Source of the DNA: Macrostomum lignano
Taxonomy: Eukaryota
Reading direction: 5' to 3'
Assembly: GCA_002269645.1 (NCBI GenBank)
Contig: NIVC01000392.1
Span: forward strand, 248,001 to 312,000
Length of the DNA stretch: 64,000 bases
The notes beneath the pieces were generated by a model. It was not told the DNA's origin. It saw nothing but the letters and a program-made list of their open reading frames with translations, and made no database searches. Shown here piece after piece: positions 1 through 13,316 of this stretch (positions are counted from its first letter, which is position 1; every line of letters begins with the position of its first letter). The position numbers and the translations under genes were made by a program.

Positions 1-163
1 AATGAGCAATGATAAATAAAAAGTATATGCATCCTCTTTGTAACACTTCACTTAACTTCAATCAAGATAACTTCGTATATCAACATTCCATCTTTTAAGA
101 AAAAACAATGTGATTTTTCTATCCATATTTTTATGGAAAATCTTCATGAGAATTTGTACCAAG

Positions 164-2419
164 AGATGAGACACTGGAGTTACAGATAAGACACTGGGGT
201 TACAGATGAGACACTGGGGTTACAGATGAGACACTGGGGTTACAGATGAGACACTGGAGTTACAGATGAGACACTGGGGTTACAGATGAGACACTGGGGT
301 TACAGATGAGACACTGGGGTTACAGATAAGACACTGGGGTTACAGATGAGACACTGGGGTTACAGATGAGACTGAGACACTGGAGTTACAGATGAGACAC
401 TGGAGTTACAGATAAGACACTGGAGTTACAGATAAGACACTGGAGTTACAGATGAGACACTGGGGTTACAGATAAGACACTGGAGTTACAGATGAGACAC
501 TGGGGTTACAGATGAGACTGAGACACTGGAGTTACAGATGAGACACTGGAGTTACAGATAAGACACTGGAGTTACAGATGAGACACTGGGGTTACAGATG
601 AGACACTGGGGTTACAGATAAGACACTGGAGTTACAGATGAGACACTGGGGTTACAGATGAGACACTGGAGTTACAGATGAGACACTGGAGTTACAGATA
701 AGACACTGGAGTTACAGATAAGACACTGGAGTTACAGATAAGACACTGGGGTTACAGATAAGACACTGAGGTTACAGATGAGACACTGGAGTTACAGATA
801 AGACACTGGAGTTACAGATGAGACACTGGGGTTACAGATGAGACACTGGGGTTACAGATAAGACACTGGAGTTACAGATGAGACACTGGAGTTACAGATG
901 AGACACTGGGGTTACAGATGAGACACTGGAGTTACAGATGAGACACTGGGGTTACAGATGAGACACTGGAGTTACAGATGAGACACTGGGGTTACAGATG
1001 AGACACTGGAGTTACAGATAAGACACTGGAGTTACAGATGAGACTGAGACACTGGAGTTACAGATGAGACACTGGAGTTACAGATAAGACACTGGAGTTA
1101 CAGATGAGACACTGGGGTTACAGATGAGACACTGGGGTTACAGATAAGACACTGGAGTTACAGATGAGACACTGGGGTTACAGATGAGACACTGGAGTTA
1201 CAGATGAGACACTGGAGTTACAGATAAGACACTGGAGTTACAGATAAGACACTGGAGTTACAGATAAGACACTGGAGTTACAGATGAGACACTGGGGTTA
1301 CAGATGAGACTGAGACACTGGAGTTACAGATGAGACACTGGAGTTACAGATAAGACACTGGAGTTACAGATGAGACACTGGGGTTACAGATGAGACACTG
1401 GGGTTACAGATAAGACACTGGAGTTACAGATGAGACACTGGGGTTACAGATGAGACACTGGAGTTACAGATGAGACACTGGAGTTACAGATAAGACACTG
1501 GAGTTACAGATAAGACACTGGAGTTACAGATAAGACACTGGGGTTACAGATAAGACACTGAGGTTACAGATGAGACACTGGAGTTACAGATAAGACACTG
1601 GAGTTACAGATAAGACACTGGGGTTACAGATGAGACACTGGGGTTACAGATGAGACACTGGGGTTACAGATGAGACACTGGAGTTACAGATGAGACAATG
1701 GAGTTATAGATGAGACACTGGAGTTACAGATGAGACACTGGAGTTACAGATGAGACACTGGAGTTATAGATGAGACACTGGAGTTACAGATGAGACACTG
1801 GGGTTACAGATGAGACACTGGAGTTACAGATGAGACACTGGGGTTACAGATGAGACACTGGAGTTACAGATGAGACTGAGACACTGGAGTTACAGATGAG
1901 ACACTGGAGTTACAGATAAGACACTGGAGTTACAGATAAGACACTGGGGTTACAGATGAGACACTGGGGTTACAGATAAGACACTGGAGTTACAGATGAG
2001 ACACTGGGGTTACAGATGAGACACTGGAGTTACAGATGAGACACTGGAGTTACAGATAAGACACTGGAGTTACAGATAAGACACTGGAGTTACAGATAAG
2101 ACACTGGGGTTACAGATAAGACACTGAGGTTACAGATGAGACACTGGAGTTACAGATAAGACACTGGAGTTACAGATAAGACACTGGGGTTACAGATGAG
2201 ACACTGGAGTTACAGATAAGACACTGGAATTACAGATAAGACACTGGAGTTACAGATAAGACACTGGAGTTACAGATAAGACACTGGAGTTACAGATGAG
2301 ACACTGGGGTTACAGATAAGACATTGGAGTTACAGATAAGACACTGGAGTTACAGATAAGACACTGGAGTTACAGATAAGACACTGGAGTTACAGATAAG
2401 ACACTGGGGTTCCAGGTGA
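164..2419. repeat. 20-bp minisatellite (GAGACACTGGRGTTACAGAT/AAGACACT variants), about 110 units
   Basis: Direct reading: period 20 with two A/G polymorphic positions and occasional 6-bp GACTGA insertions. Ends in an atypical unit GACACTGGGGTTCCAGGTGA. Confidence 0.97.
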
Positions 2420-3316
2420 GGCTTGGTTTCTGGATGAAACACTCAACTAGCGCACTTTAAACTGCCGCAAAGCACAAAATCAAAATTGGCAACGAGCGAG
2501 TCATCAATGCGGCACTGTATCGCCGCGCCAGCCGGGTTCGTACAAGCGACCGTTCGTTCCTATGTTCGCGCCAAGGCTCAGAGACATGCACCAGCTGTGA
2601 CGCTCGCTTTTTGTATAAGCTGTGAAGAAAATGTAGAAAAGCACATTATTATTTCTTATTATAATCGCGATCAATAGCTTTGTGTAAATGAAGGATTTTA
2701 ACTATCGCAGACACTCTTAGATCTTCCTTCATAAATATTGTTAGCATAAATTACTATGACTCATATTCGACAGAAGTGACCTAGCGTTCTCAGTCTCACA
2801 CTTGTTCAATGCTTATACTGTCAGTTCTAGCCAACTTTAAGAAATTTTACAGTTTCTACTGCTGCTGGTTAATGAGCATACTTGGCCTGTCACTGTGAAA
2901 AGTGCAACAGAGTTCAGTGTGGAGCAGCTGACTGACTGACCATCTCTACATAGCACGGCAGGGCAATTGCGATAGACCTGCGTCTTTGCGCAACCCTCAC
3001 CGCGCTGCGTAGCTGATACAAAATAGCTAGAATTTACCACTTAACACAATGCAAGTTGATGCAGAAAGCTAAAGATGATGTATTTGCAATGTACTCTCGT
3101 CTCTCCCCTCGCCATTTTACAGCTTAACGTATTTCAACTAGTCTCCGCTCCGACGAATAGAAAGCAACTAGTGGACAGAATTTTTCTTATAAAGCTTTTT
3201 TGTCGGGATGTAAGGAATGCGTGAGTAGAAAACACGACTCCAAGCTCAAAAGAGAATCATACCTTATTCTCTTCTTAAAATTTTTACCTTGGTAATCAGG
3301 CCAAACCTCCGACTAT

Positions 3317-4491
3317 ATGGCTTCCTCCCGGCCTTATGTGTCGGAACTATCCACGATTCGGGGACCGCTGAAAGAAGCCGGTTTAGAGAGGGTAAGTTTT
3401 CAGTTCATTCGTGAAATGCAGGACGTTTCTTCTTGTAAATTTTTGCCATAACATGCGTCTTTAGCTCTTAAGATCAGTGTGAAGATGAAGTGAAATTTCC
3501 TACCAACATTTCAGTCTCAGGTCCCGCTGACTCTGATGCTGCTAGGCAAAACTGGCAATGGCAAAAGTTCCCTTGGCAACGCGTTGCTAGGGTGCAACGA
3601 ATCAGCTGAAGCTCCATTCCAAGTGAAATCTGGTTTCATCTCCTGTCAGGAACATGAACCAAGACTAGAGGAGGTGGGTCCCGCTTAAACATACTTTTGA
3701 CATTTGACTAAAGCGCTCTATACGAGTCGAGATTCTAAATAAGAATTATCACTAATTAAATTCAGGGAATAATCCAAGAGCGCCCGGTCAACATCATCGA
3801 CACTCCCGGGGTACTAGATAATGTCAACGACGAGCAAGCTCTAGACGGGATCTGCAAAGCAATCAGCCTCAATCCTGGCGGTGTGACAGCCTTTGTGATC
3901 GTGCTACGAGCTGATAGTCGCTTCACCAAAGAAGAGTCCAAGGCGGTGGACCAACTGCAAAGTCTGTTCGGCGACAAGTTCTGGGACCACGCAATCTGCG
4001 TCTTTACCCACGGAGACGTAGCCCTAAGAGGTGGGCAGGCTGCTTTCGAAAGTCAGCTGAAAATAGCCAGGCAGCAGGTTTCAAACCTTGACAAGATTCT
4101 GAATAAAGTCGGGGTCAGGTGGTTGATCGTGGACTGCCACAACTTGGGACGCAGCAAGCTAACTGAGTTTGTGCTCATGTTAGACAGTGTCAGGAGCAAG
4201 AACAAAGGCGAGTGCTACACCAATGCTCTGTTTAAAGAAGCTCAACTGCGCTATGCAAAGGCCAATGGTCCAGCTCTGTTGGCAAGTCTGTGGAAGGCAA
4301 AGAAGGAGCTGAGAGAACTGAAGGAAGATTACAAGCAACTGAAATATAAAATAAGCAAGCAACTACTAGAAGAGAAAATAAAGGCGCTGGAAGGGAAGAT
4401 CAAAGGTCAGGAGACGCAGATATGTAAGCTGCACCAAGATTTGGCTGATGCTATCAAACCAGCTGCCAAAAAGTATTGTGTACTTCTGTAG
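3317..4491 (+). CDS. GIMAP/AIG1-family GTPase, about 317 aa; exons 3317-3391, 3521-3673, 3766-4491
   Basis: G1 GKTGNGKS (3545-3568), G3 DTPG (3799-3810), AIG1-type 'RFTKEE...FGDKFWDHAICVFTHGD', C-terminal coiled-coil-like segment, ends KKYCVLL*. All introns are GT-AG and phase 0. Exon 1 is less certain. Confidence 0.9.
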
Positions 4492-5039
4492 ATCGTAAAA
4501 GTGGTACGCAACAGTTATATTTAGATGAAGCATAAAACCAGCATTGAGGAATGCCTAATAACCTCTTCATGCTAGAACCAACAATAAACTATGATTACCC
4601 CGGAAAGATTATAATAATGCTATTGCTGTCAAAACTTTTAAATGTGACGCAGTTTGTATTGCTTTACATTGGCCGCATCCTTTTATTGTAAGATCATGAT
4701 ATATAATTAACATTATAAATTTTTTATTTAACTATTTTCTACTTTTCTATTTTAATTAGCAGTGACTTAATACGATAAGAAGTTCCCTGAAAAAGCTATA
4801 AAATAAAATATAACAACGTTATCAATTATTAGTTCTCGCTTCTCGAGTCCTCCCTTAATTTCGTACATTCAGTTAAATATGTACGAGTACATTTATGTCT
4901 TTATGAGCGTAAAAATAGAACAAAAATCAATGTCTCTTTCATTTTGTGGTCTGATTAAAAAGTATTTTTTTTCAAATGGACCATCATTGTCTCACCTGCA
5001 ACGTGGTTACGAACATACCTGGAATCCAGTGTGTCAGTG

Positions 5040-5270
5040 TCACCTGGAACCCCAGTGTCTCATCTGCAATCGATTAGTGTCTCATCTGCAATCGATTAGT
5101 GTCTCATCTGCAATCGATTAGTGTCTCATCTGCAATCGATTAGTGTCTCATCTGCAATCGATTAGTGTCTCATCTGCAATCGATTAGTGTCTCATCTGCA
5201 ATCGATTAGTGTCTCATCTGTAATCGATCAGTGTCTCGTTGATAACCCCAGTGTTTCATTTGTAACCGAA
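5040..5270 (-). repeat. 22-bp minisatellite (AGTGTCTCATCTGCAATCGATT), an inverted relative of the 20-bp array
   Basis: Period 22 from 5054. Its reverse complement shares the CAGATGAGACACT core with the 164-2419 array. Confidence 0.9.
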
Positions 5271-5349
5271 GTGCTAAGTTAAACGCTGACTAAAAAGTGA
5301 CGCTGATCCGACTGTATTTTCTCAACTTCCTGAACGACTGCAGTCGCCA

Positions 5350-6745
5350 GCTACCCAATGTCGAACGGCGAGAACAACAGCAGAGCGGAGGCACCAGAAT
5401 GAGCAAGACCGAATGGAAAATGCAGCTGCGGAGTTCCTCAGTCAGGATGAAATTGCCTCGCTTGCCGACACCAAAGTGCAGCTTGAGTGCAACCTGATAC
5501 CCGCCGACTTTATTGTTGTGGCAAAAACAGCCAGCATTGCATTTCTTCTTGTTTGTGTAGACAGTGAAGATGTCCCTGAGCTACTCTGCTCTCCGCACAT
5601 TCGCAACGAATTGACCGTTTCTGCAAGTGTCAAAGGACTGCCGGTGCAGCAGAAGAGACTGGCTCAATTTTTGGACGACTGTCAAGTTCGGCTATTTTCG
5701 CAAATTCAAAATCTGTTTGCCCAAGTTAAAGCTTGGACGACTTCGAATATAACCGATCGAAATGAAGACATTAAGTTGATTGAAGACGCAATCGATTGTC
5801 TTACCAGATGGACCAGCGCACCAATCTCAACGTTGTCACTATCCTAGTCGATAACCATTCTGCTAATCGAGCTTTTTTCATCCACAAGCTTTGTGGCGGC
5901 ATTCTCCGAACGTGGATTACTCATCCTTACGACGTGGACAAGAAGATATATTCTGCTATTCGATCCAACTCACACAATAAAAAACATCTATAACAACTTT
6001 CAAAAAAGGAAAATTATTGAGCTTCCCGTCCTGGAGAGCCAGTTCTTTATCAACCAACTGAATCTAAGGGACCATGGCGAGTTCATTGTAGCTGAATTCG
6101 GGAATATCCGAGAGCTGTTCGAGTTGGAAAAGGACAAGCCACTAAAGCTGGCACCAAAGCTTAACTCAAGCGTAATGGATCCAAAGAGTATCCAGAAGAC
6201 ATCGACGTAACTTTCACTAGCTGTATTTTCCGAGTCTACTGCTAGCGCATTGCTCTACTATACCAGACACCAGGGGCAGCAGTGGAACGACACTGCAACT
6301 TTCGTTATGGCGGTCACGCAGCTCTGGCAGGTGTTGAATGTAAAAACAACGACAATTGGCAAGCACAAGAGGAATTGCAGCAGGGATCCCATTACGTCGG
6401 ACACCGACTGGAAGCTAGAATATTTTTCTGACGTCGCAGACTATATCCGCGAAAGTGGAAGGAAAGCAAGAGCCAGGCCTGAGTGACGAAACCATCTCTC
6501 AGTTACAGACCTGCCAGCAGTTTCTGAATTCTCGGCATCGACATGTTGCTCTATTTGAAGCAACCAGTTCAGTGGTCTTGGAGCGCCTTCCAAATCTACG
6601 CTTCCAAACACGCTGCGAGTTCCAGCACCGAATTCTGCAGCCACTGTTCCGAAAGATGTTCAATGCTGCCGCGAAGAATTGGACCAGTCGCCTGACTGCA
6701 TCGACAGAAGCCGCGTCAGGTCGAAAAGCAGCCAAGTTTAATTAA
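5350..6745 (+). pseudogene. P-element/THAP9-like transposase relic, copy 1 (N-terminal part fused at 5813/5814 to the catalytic region; stops and frameshifts)
   Basis: Motifs VTILVDNHSANR, LLFDPTHTIKNIYNNF, KLAPKL...PKSIQK, LAVFSEST, TATFV...LWQVLNVK...RDPI, spread over several frames with a TAA at 6208-6210. Confidence 0.75.
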
Positions 6746-7647
6746 TGAAAAATCAAGTAAGCGTGAGTTTTCCAATAATGTAAAAATCTTTCATGCCTGT
6801 TTTCTATTGTTCCTGGATATAATTCTCAATTGGGCAAATAGAATGCTTTCAGTGAATACTGATGTTTTAATTTACAATGCATATAAGACAGAATTTTGGC
6901 TCTAATTAGCTACCGCAAAAGCCGATAGAGCGTAACAATTTATGCGAAAATCAATTAAAAGAAACATTTTTTAAATCCAATCCGCTATTCAGAACGATCT
7001 AATTAGGAAATTCTATCTCGGCCCGGTCATGTACACGTAAAAAAGCCATCCTTTCTAGGTTAATATCAATACTTAGAATTCTATGGCCTATAGTGGAACA
7101 GTCTTGGGGCGACACCAACATTCTATGCGTAAAATCAAGCGAAAAAAGTATTAAAAAATTATATTGAACAGAAAGAAAAGTTCTAGTGTTTTAGGATCGT
7201 TGGCTTAGCGTAATTGAGCCATTATAATCTATGTTGAGTAATTTTGAAAAAGAATAGATAAATAAATATAAATATTTATGTACAAAAATAGTGTTCTGAT
7301 GCTTAGAAGAAAGAAACTTCATATTTTAGTTGCAGTAGTAATTGCGTACGCCTTCAAGATTGCGACGCACGCTCGGGATAAATGGAGATTTCGGATTGCT
7401 ATTAAGGGAGCTTTAGCATAAATAGACCTTGAAAGACTGACTCTAAAGTCAATCACCCTTTTCGAATAAACAAACAATTATAAGTTTTCAAAAACTAACT
7501 CTTAAGAAGTACATGTAGCGGCTCGTACTTGTAAAATCCACGATAAAAATATTTCAGCTAGTCTGAACAATACAGGTTAGTGTTTTGTGTAGATATTTAA
7601 TTTAATCTTCTAGCAGTTGTGTGCACTCAAACTCAAACACTCGTCAG

Positions 7648-8409
7648 TCACACCGACAGCACGTTGCCCTGCACCAGACGACCCAAACGTTCAGCGTCGA
7701 CCTTGTCGAGTTCGGAGTTCTGCAGGGCTCGCAGTCGGTAGAGTGCGGCACCTTCCGTCAGTGCGTAGCCCCCCGGAAGGGCCATCGTAATCAGAATGAG
7801 CCTGGCCCGATGCAGCCTGGAGTGCATCTTGAACTCTTTCATTGAAAGGCCTTGAAGATTGCGGAAGAGCACGCAGCTTGACTCGCTACTGGCTTCTAAA
7901 TCGCTATGATCGGAGCAGTAATTCCTGACGCTTGTAGTTAATGGGAGAGCGCTGTGGCATTTTGCCAGCAGCTTTGAGATTTCCTCGGCTAAACCGTCAG
8001 CGGAGGCTCTTTGTTTGGCGTTGTCCGTGTGCGCTAGCAACAGAAAGCAGGGCCGCTCAATTCTGCTTGTGGTCTGCTGCTTTTTCAAGCAGTTAAAGAG
8101 AACTCGATTCGTGGCTTCGTGATCGTGCAGGCTGTCGTCTGAGAACAGTGCTTTGAAAAGTGAAAGCTTGGTTTGAATACAAGATTCGTAGTTGGTTAGG
8201 GAGACGGGTTTCTCGACAGGTTGCTTCACAAACTCTTCTTTATGATGGTGAAAGCGCCAGTTGAAGTCGCTGATTTTCTTTTCAAATTTTGCTCGAGGTT
8301 TGGAATAGAGAGGGTAAAATACAAGGATCACGATGCATGCGAGTAGAAGGCATACAGCCGACCATTCTTTTAATTTGGAGAATATGATATTCCTTTGCTG
8401 CCAGGTATT
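7648..8409 (-). pseudogene. Orphan duplicate of the terminal exon of the LAP1/LULL1-like gene
   Basis: Identical to 15314-16075 including the TTTTGTTTTAG acceptor. Upstream on the minus strand lie GATA repeats and Gypsy sequence rather than its own upstream exons. Confidence 0.6.
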
Positions 8410-8479
8410 CTAAAACAAAAAAGTGAAAAATTTTGTCTTTATTTTCTCCATGATCACTTTATAAAAGAAACAAATAATG

Positions 8480-9369
<890 letters not shown>

Positions 9370-12300
9370 GGTCACCAGAGCTGTGTTCCGGCCGTGCTGC
9401 ACGATGAACTTGGCCGGAACCGGAGCCGTGCCAGGCCGAGCCCTCAGCCAGATGGAGTCACCCACCTGCTCGGTCATCGTCAGCGGATGGCGCAGCCGGC
9501 GTCCCCACATGAGAATGTCCGGCGAGCTGGAACGATTCCCGCTAGGCCTGCTGGTGCGAATGGTTAGGAGCAATTTCTGCAGGAACTGGTCAAATGGGAC
9601 CACTTTCGTCCACGTCTTCAGCCCGCCTTTGAGACTCCTCACCAACCGCTCAGCCTGCCCGTTCGATGCTGGATGGTACGGTGGGGTGTGCATCTCCTGG
9701 CAGCCGACACTGTTCAGCCACTGCGAGACTCTTTCCGACCTGAACTCAGGCGCATTATCCGACACAAGCGTCCGAGGCACTCCATTTCTGGCGAACACCG
9801 CTCTCAGCACTCTCAGCACACTGCCCGCAGACCTGTCTGGGACCTGGACAGCTTCTGGCCAACCCGAGTATGCATCAGACAGCAACAGTAGCAAGCCCAC
9901 TCCTGGCACCTCACAGTGGTCCATGTGGACCCGGGACCACGGCTCGCTCTCGGATGGCCAGATGTCAATTTTCCGCTGAACCACCGGCCGTCTTTCAGCG
10001 CACAGCTGACACCGCTCAACAAACTGACGGACATCGCGATCCAGTCCAGGCCACCAGAACTCCTTAGACACATGGGCCTTCGTATTTTCCGCGCTCGGGT
10101 GCACCTCATCATGCGCGGTCTCCAAAATGCGCCGCCGGAGAATGGTCGGAGGCACCACCCTGGTACCGTGGATGACCAGCCCGTTCTCCACAGACAACGC
10201 TTCCCGACACGCTTTGTACGGCCGCTCCAGCTGAGAGACCTGACCCCACCGGCCTGTCCTGATTCTCTGCTGGAGTCTTTGAAGCAGTGAACACCGGGAA
10301 GTACTTTCTCTCAGCTCCTCCACGGTAACCAAGCCTCCGTCAGTGATCAACTCAGTCTGGTGAACCGACTCCGTCTCAGGATCGAGGTTTTCAAAGCTCA
10401 GCCTTGATAGAGCGTCAGCATCCTGCATCTTCTTTCCGGGCACATATTCAATCTCGTAATCATAAGCCGATAGCCGCAGAGCCCACCGGGTTAGTCTGGC
10501 AGAAACAGTCTTTGGAAGATTCTTGCAAGGATTCAGAATAAACTTCAAAGGCTCGTGATCGGTCTGCAGAATGAATTTCTTCCCTAGCAACATTTTCCGA
10601 GCTCGTTCAACCGCCCAAACAATAGCCAGCGCTTCTCTCTCGATATTAGAGTAGTTGGTTTCTGCCTGTGTGAGCGTCCTGGACATGAACATGACGGGAT
10701 GTCCAGACTGGACCAGCACTGCGCCCAAGGACTTCTCGCTCGCATCAACTCGAAGACAGACAGGCGCGGAAACATCAAACGGCTTGATGCACGGGTTTGA
10801 GGCCAGACTCCTTTTGACCTCCGAAAATGCCGCCTCAGCCACCGCGTTCCATTCAAAGACCCGGTCACCGCGGCGAAGCTCCTGAAGAGGCCGACATTTC
10901 TCAGAAAAGTTTGGAACCAGCCGTCCATAAAATTGAGCCAGTCCTAGAAATCTCTCCAAATCTTTCTTGGTCTTCGGCACCTCGACATCCATCACACGTT
11001 TCACCATGCCCGGATCGGGTTTTATTCCTTCATCATCAATAATGTGACCGAGAAACTTCAGGCTGTTGGCTTCCATCACGCACTTCGCCTCGTTGATCTT
11101 GACATTTGCGGCCTTCAACTTGTTGAGCACCTGCTCCCTAATTTTCTGCAACTCTGCCCGGCTTGCAGCACCGATCAGCACATCGTCCTGATATACTATG
11201 ACACATGGATGGTCTCCCAGGAGCTTTTCCATCACACGTTGAAAAACAGATGGCGACACCTTAATGCCATACGGCAACCGGTTAAACCTGTAGCAACCAA
11301 ACGGAGTGTTTATGGTGGTCACCGCTTTCGATTCCTCATCCAGGGGAACCTGATAGTACGCATCCGATAGGTCTAACCGACAGAACAGCTTCTTGTTGGC
11401 CATTTTCGAAAAGGCTGTCTCAATCGAGGGAGTGAGGAAGGTCTGGTCTTGAACCAACCGATTAACAGCCGAATAATCTCCACAAATTCTCACGGATGCC
11501 CGATCTGACTTCACCGTCACCACAATTGGACTGCCCCATTCCGACGACATCACCTTCTCAACGATTCCAGCACTTTCCATCAGGTCCAGCTCCTTCTTAA
11601 CCAAGTGCTTCAGCGCTAAGGGCAGTTCTCTGGCTGCCTGGAAAATTGGCCTAGCTCCAGCACAAAGACGGATTTCTCCCGTAGCACCAGATATTCCCAA
11701 CAAGCTCTCATACCTGTTGCTGGCGGCTAACTCATCAGAACTAGCATGGTGCACCGGTGCGAGGACCAGCAGATTCCGGCCGAGCAGCCCAAACTCCTGT
11801 TGGCAGTCGATGACGGGCAGCTCTGCCGCCTTGAAGCGGCCGATGTTGTTAGTGGTCTCCACCAGGCATTCCAGAACGCCCATCTGTCTCATAACGTGTC
11901 CGTCATACGCCAGCATGCGCGACTTCGCCGACTTCAGCGGGGGCCTTCCGAGCTCATTCCAGATCCTTCGTGAGATTAACGAGCAGGAGGCACCGCTGTC
12001 CTTCTCCATCAGTACTTCTCTGTGATTGATTTTCACAGTGCAGAACTCGGCAGGCTTTCCTTCTCCACAGTAGAATACGGGCTCATCACGATAGGAGTCT
12101 TCTGGACTCAGCTGAGTGCCGACTGCTTCAGCTGGGGCAGCGAAGTGGGTCCTGGCACCGCGGCACACACGGGCAAAGTGGCCAGGCTTTCCACATTGAT
12201 TGCAGATGGCTCTCAGGGCTCGGCAGTCAGCGGGCTTCTGGTGCGATCTCAACCCGCAACGCTGACAGCGCTGGTGTCCGAAGTTCTGCTTCTGCTTCAT

Positions 12301-12996
12301 AACCGAATTAACGTTGACAGAGCCGGAGCTATCCGGATGGCAGTGAGCTTCATCAGCCGTAGTCAGACCCGCGGTTGACAGCGACCTAGCCTGGTGCACC
12401 ACCGAATCCACGAGAGTCGAGTGAGCAGCAGCCTGGGACCCAGCTGAAAAGTTGCTGACCATCAGCAGCTGCTGAACATATTCTGTGACCTGATCGACCG
12501 TCAGTTCTTGAGTAACTTCACGCTCGAGCACCTTGTTCCTGATGTTCGAGTTGGCCAGACCGGCAATGAGCCGCATCTTGATGAGCGCTTCGGCGGGGTC
12601 CGCTCCTTCCTTTTTCAGGCTCTCGAACTCGCATACTACGGCTTGCTCCCTGAGACGAGCGGCATAGCTGGTGACGGTTTCGCCTTCGGCCTGGCGCATA
12701 GACATGAAGGCTGTCCTCTCAGCGATCTGCAGTTTCTTCTTGGGCTCCACAAACGCCAGTAGGCATTGCTTGATTTCAGACCATTTCATTGCAAACGGGG
12801 TTTTTGGAGCAACCAGCTGCTTGACTTTTATGAGCTCAGCGACCCCGAGGCAGCCCATGAAAGCGTCGGTCAGCGCTCGTCTCTCGTCGGTATCTTCGAC
12901 TCCTTTAGATCTGGCCTGGGCGTCAAATACTTCAACCCAGGCGCGAAGCTCATCTATGTTGCTCAACGGCAGCGTCTCTCTCAATTTGATGCTCAT
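9370..12996 (-). CDS. Gypsy Gag-Pol polyprotein, about 1209 aa uninterrupted (PR-RT-RH-IN order)
   Basis: Two zinc knuckles (CQRCGLRSH...C, CNQCGKPGHFARVC), protease DSGAS, RT YQDD, RNase H VDAS...DALSR, integrase H..H/CQLC and a DDE core. The frame runs on into the GATA tract to 8950, which is not real coding sequence. Confidence 0.93.
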
Positions 12997-12997
12997 G

Positions 12998-13015
12998 ATC
13001 CTGCTTGCGACGCCA
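12998..13015 (-). promoter_or_regulatory. Primer binding site TGGCGTCGCAAGCAGGAT, probably complementary to a tRNA-Ser 3' end
   Basis: Starts with TGG 3 nt from the LTR end. The complement reads ATCCTGC-TTGCGAC-G-CCA, with the CCTGC T-stem and G discriminator typical of tRNA-Ser. The tRNA identity is inferred. Confidence 0.75.
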
Positions 13016-13018
13016 AAA

Positions 13019-13316
13019 TGTTAGTCTAGGAAAACAGAGTCAAGTCATGTTTGCAAGCGAAGGAGAATACAATTGAACGATCTCTACCGAAGTGACGAAA
13101 GTATTTATTTGACTACATAACACGAAACCAGACAAACGCCAACCGATTGGCTGGGGGTTAAAACCATGCACACTGGCAAGCACAAATGTACACAGGTAGG
13201 GGTAAAACGATAGCGCGCAAGAATGATCAGTCACGGGAGGGAGAGAGAGAGAGAGAGACAAGTGAACCAACATGAAAAACCAAAGCACAACCCCAACAAG
13301 TATCTTGGAACTAACA
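13019..13316 (-). repeat. Gypsy 5' LTR (298 bp)
   Basis: TG...CA termini with a 6-bp inverted repeat TGTTAG/CTAACA. Abuts the PBS on one side and P-like transposase codons (RIEYSAGNIVG) on the other. Confidence 0.85.

Larger units (their letters stand above)
9370..13316 (-). mobile_element. Ty3/Gypsy LTR retrotransposon, 3'-truncated at a GATA tract; retains 5' LTR, PBS and gag-pol
   Basis: Single open gag-pol ORF, LTR 13019-13316 with TGTTAG...CTAACA termini, and a PBS next to the LTR. Confidence 0.95.

Noticed and set aside
2837-3040. Cys-containing minus-strand ORF upstream of the GIMAP gene
   Set aside because: Short, with no recognisable domain and no linkable exons. It cannot be supported.
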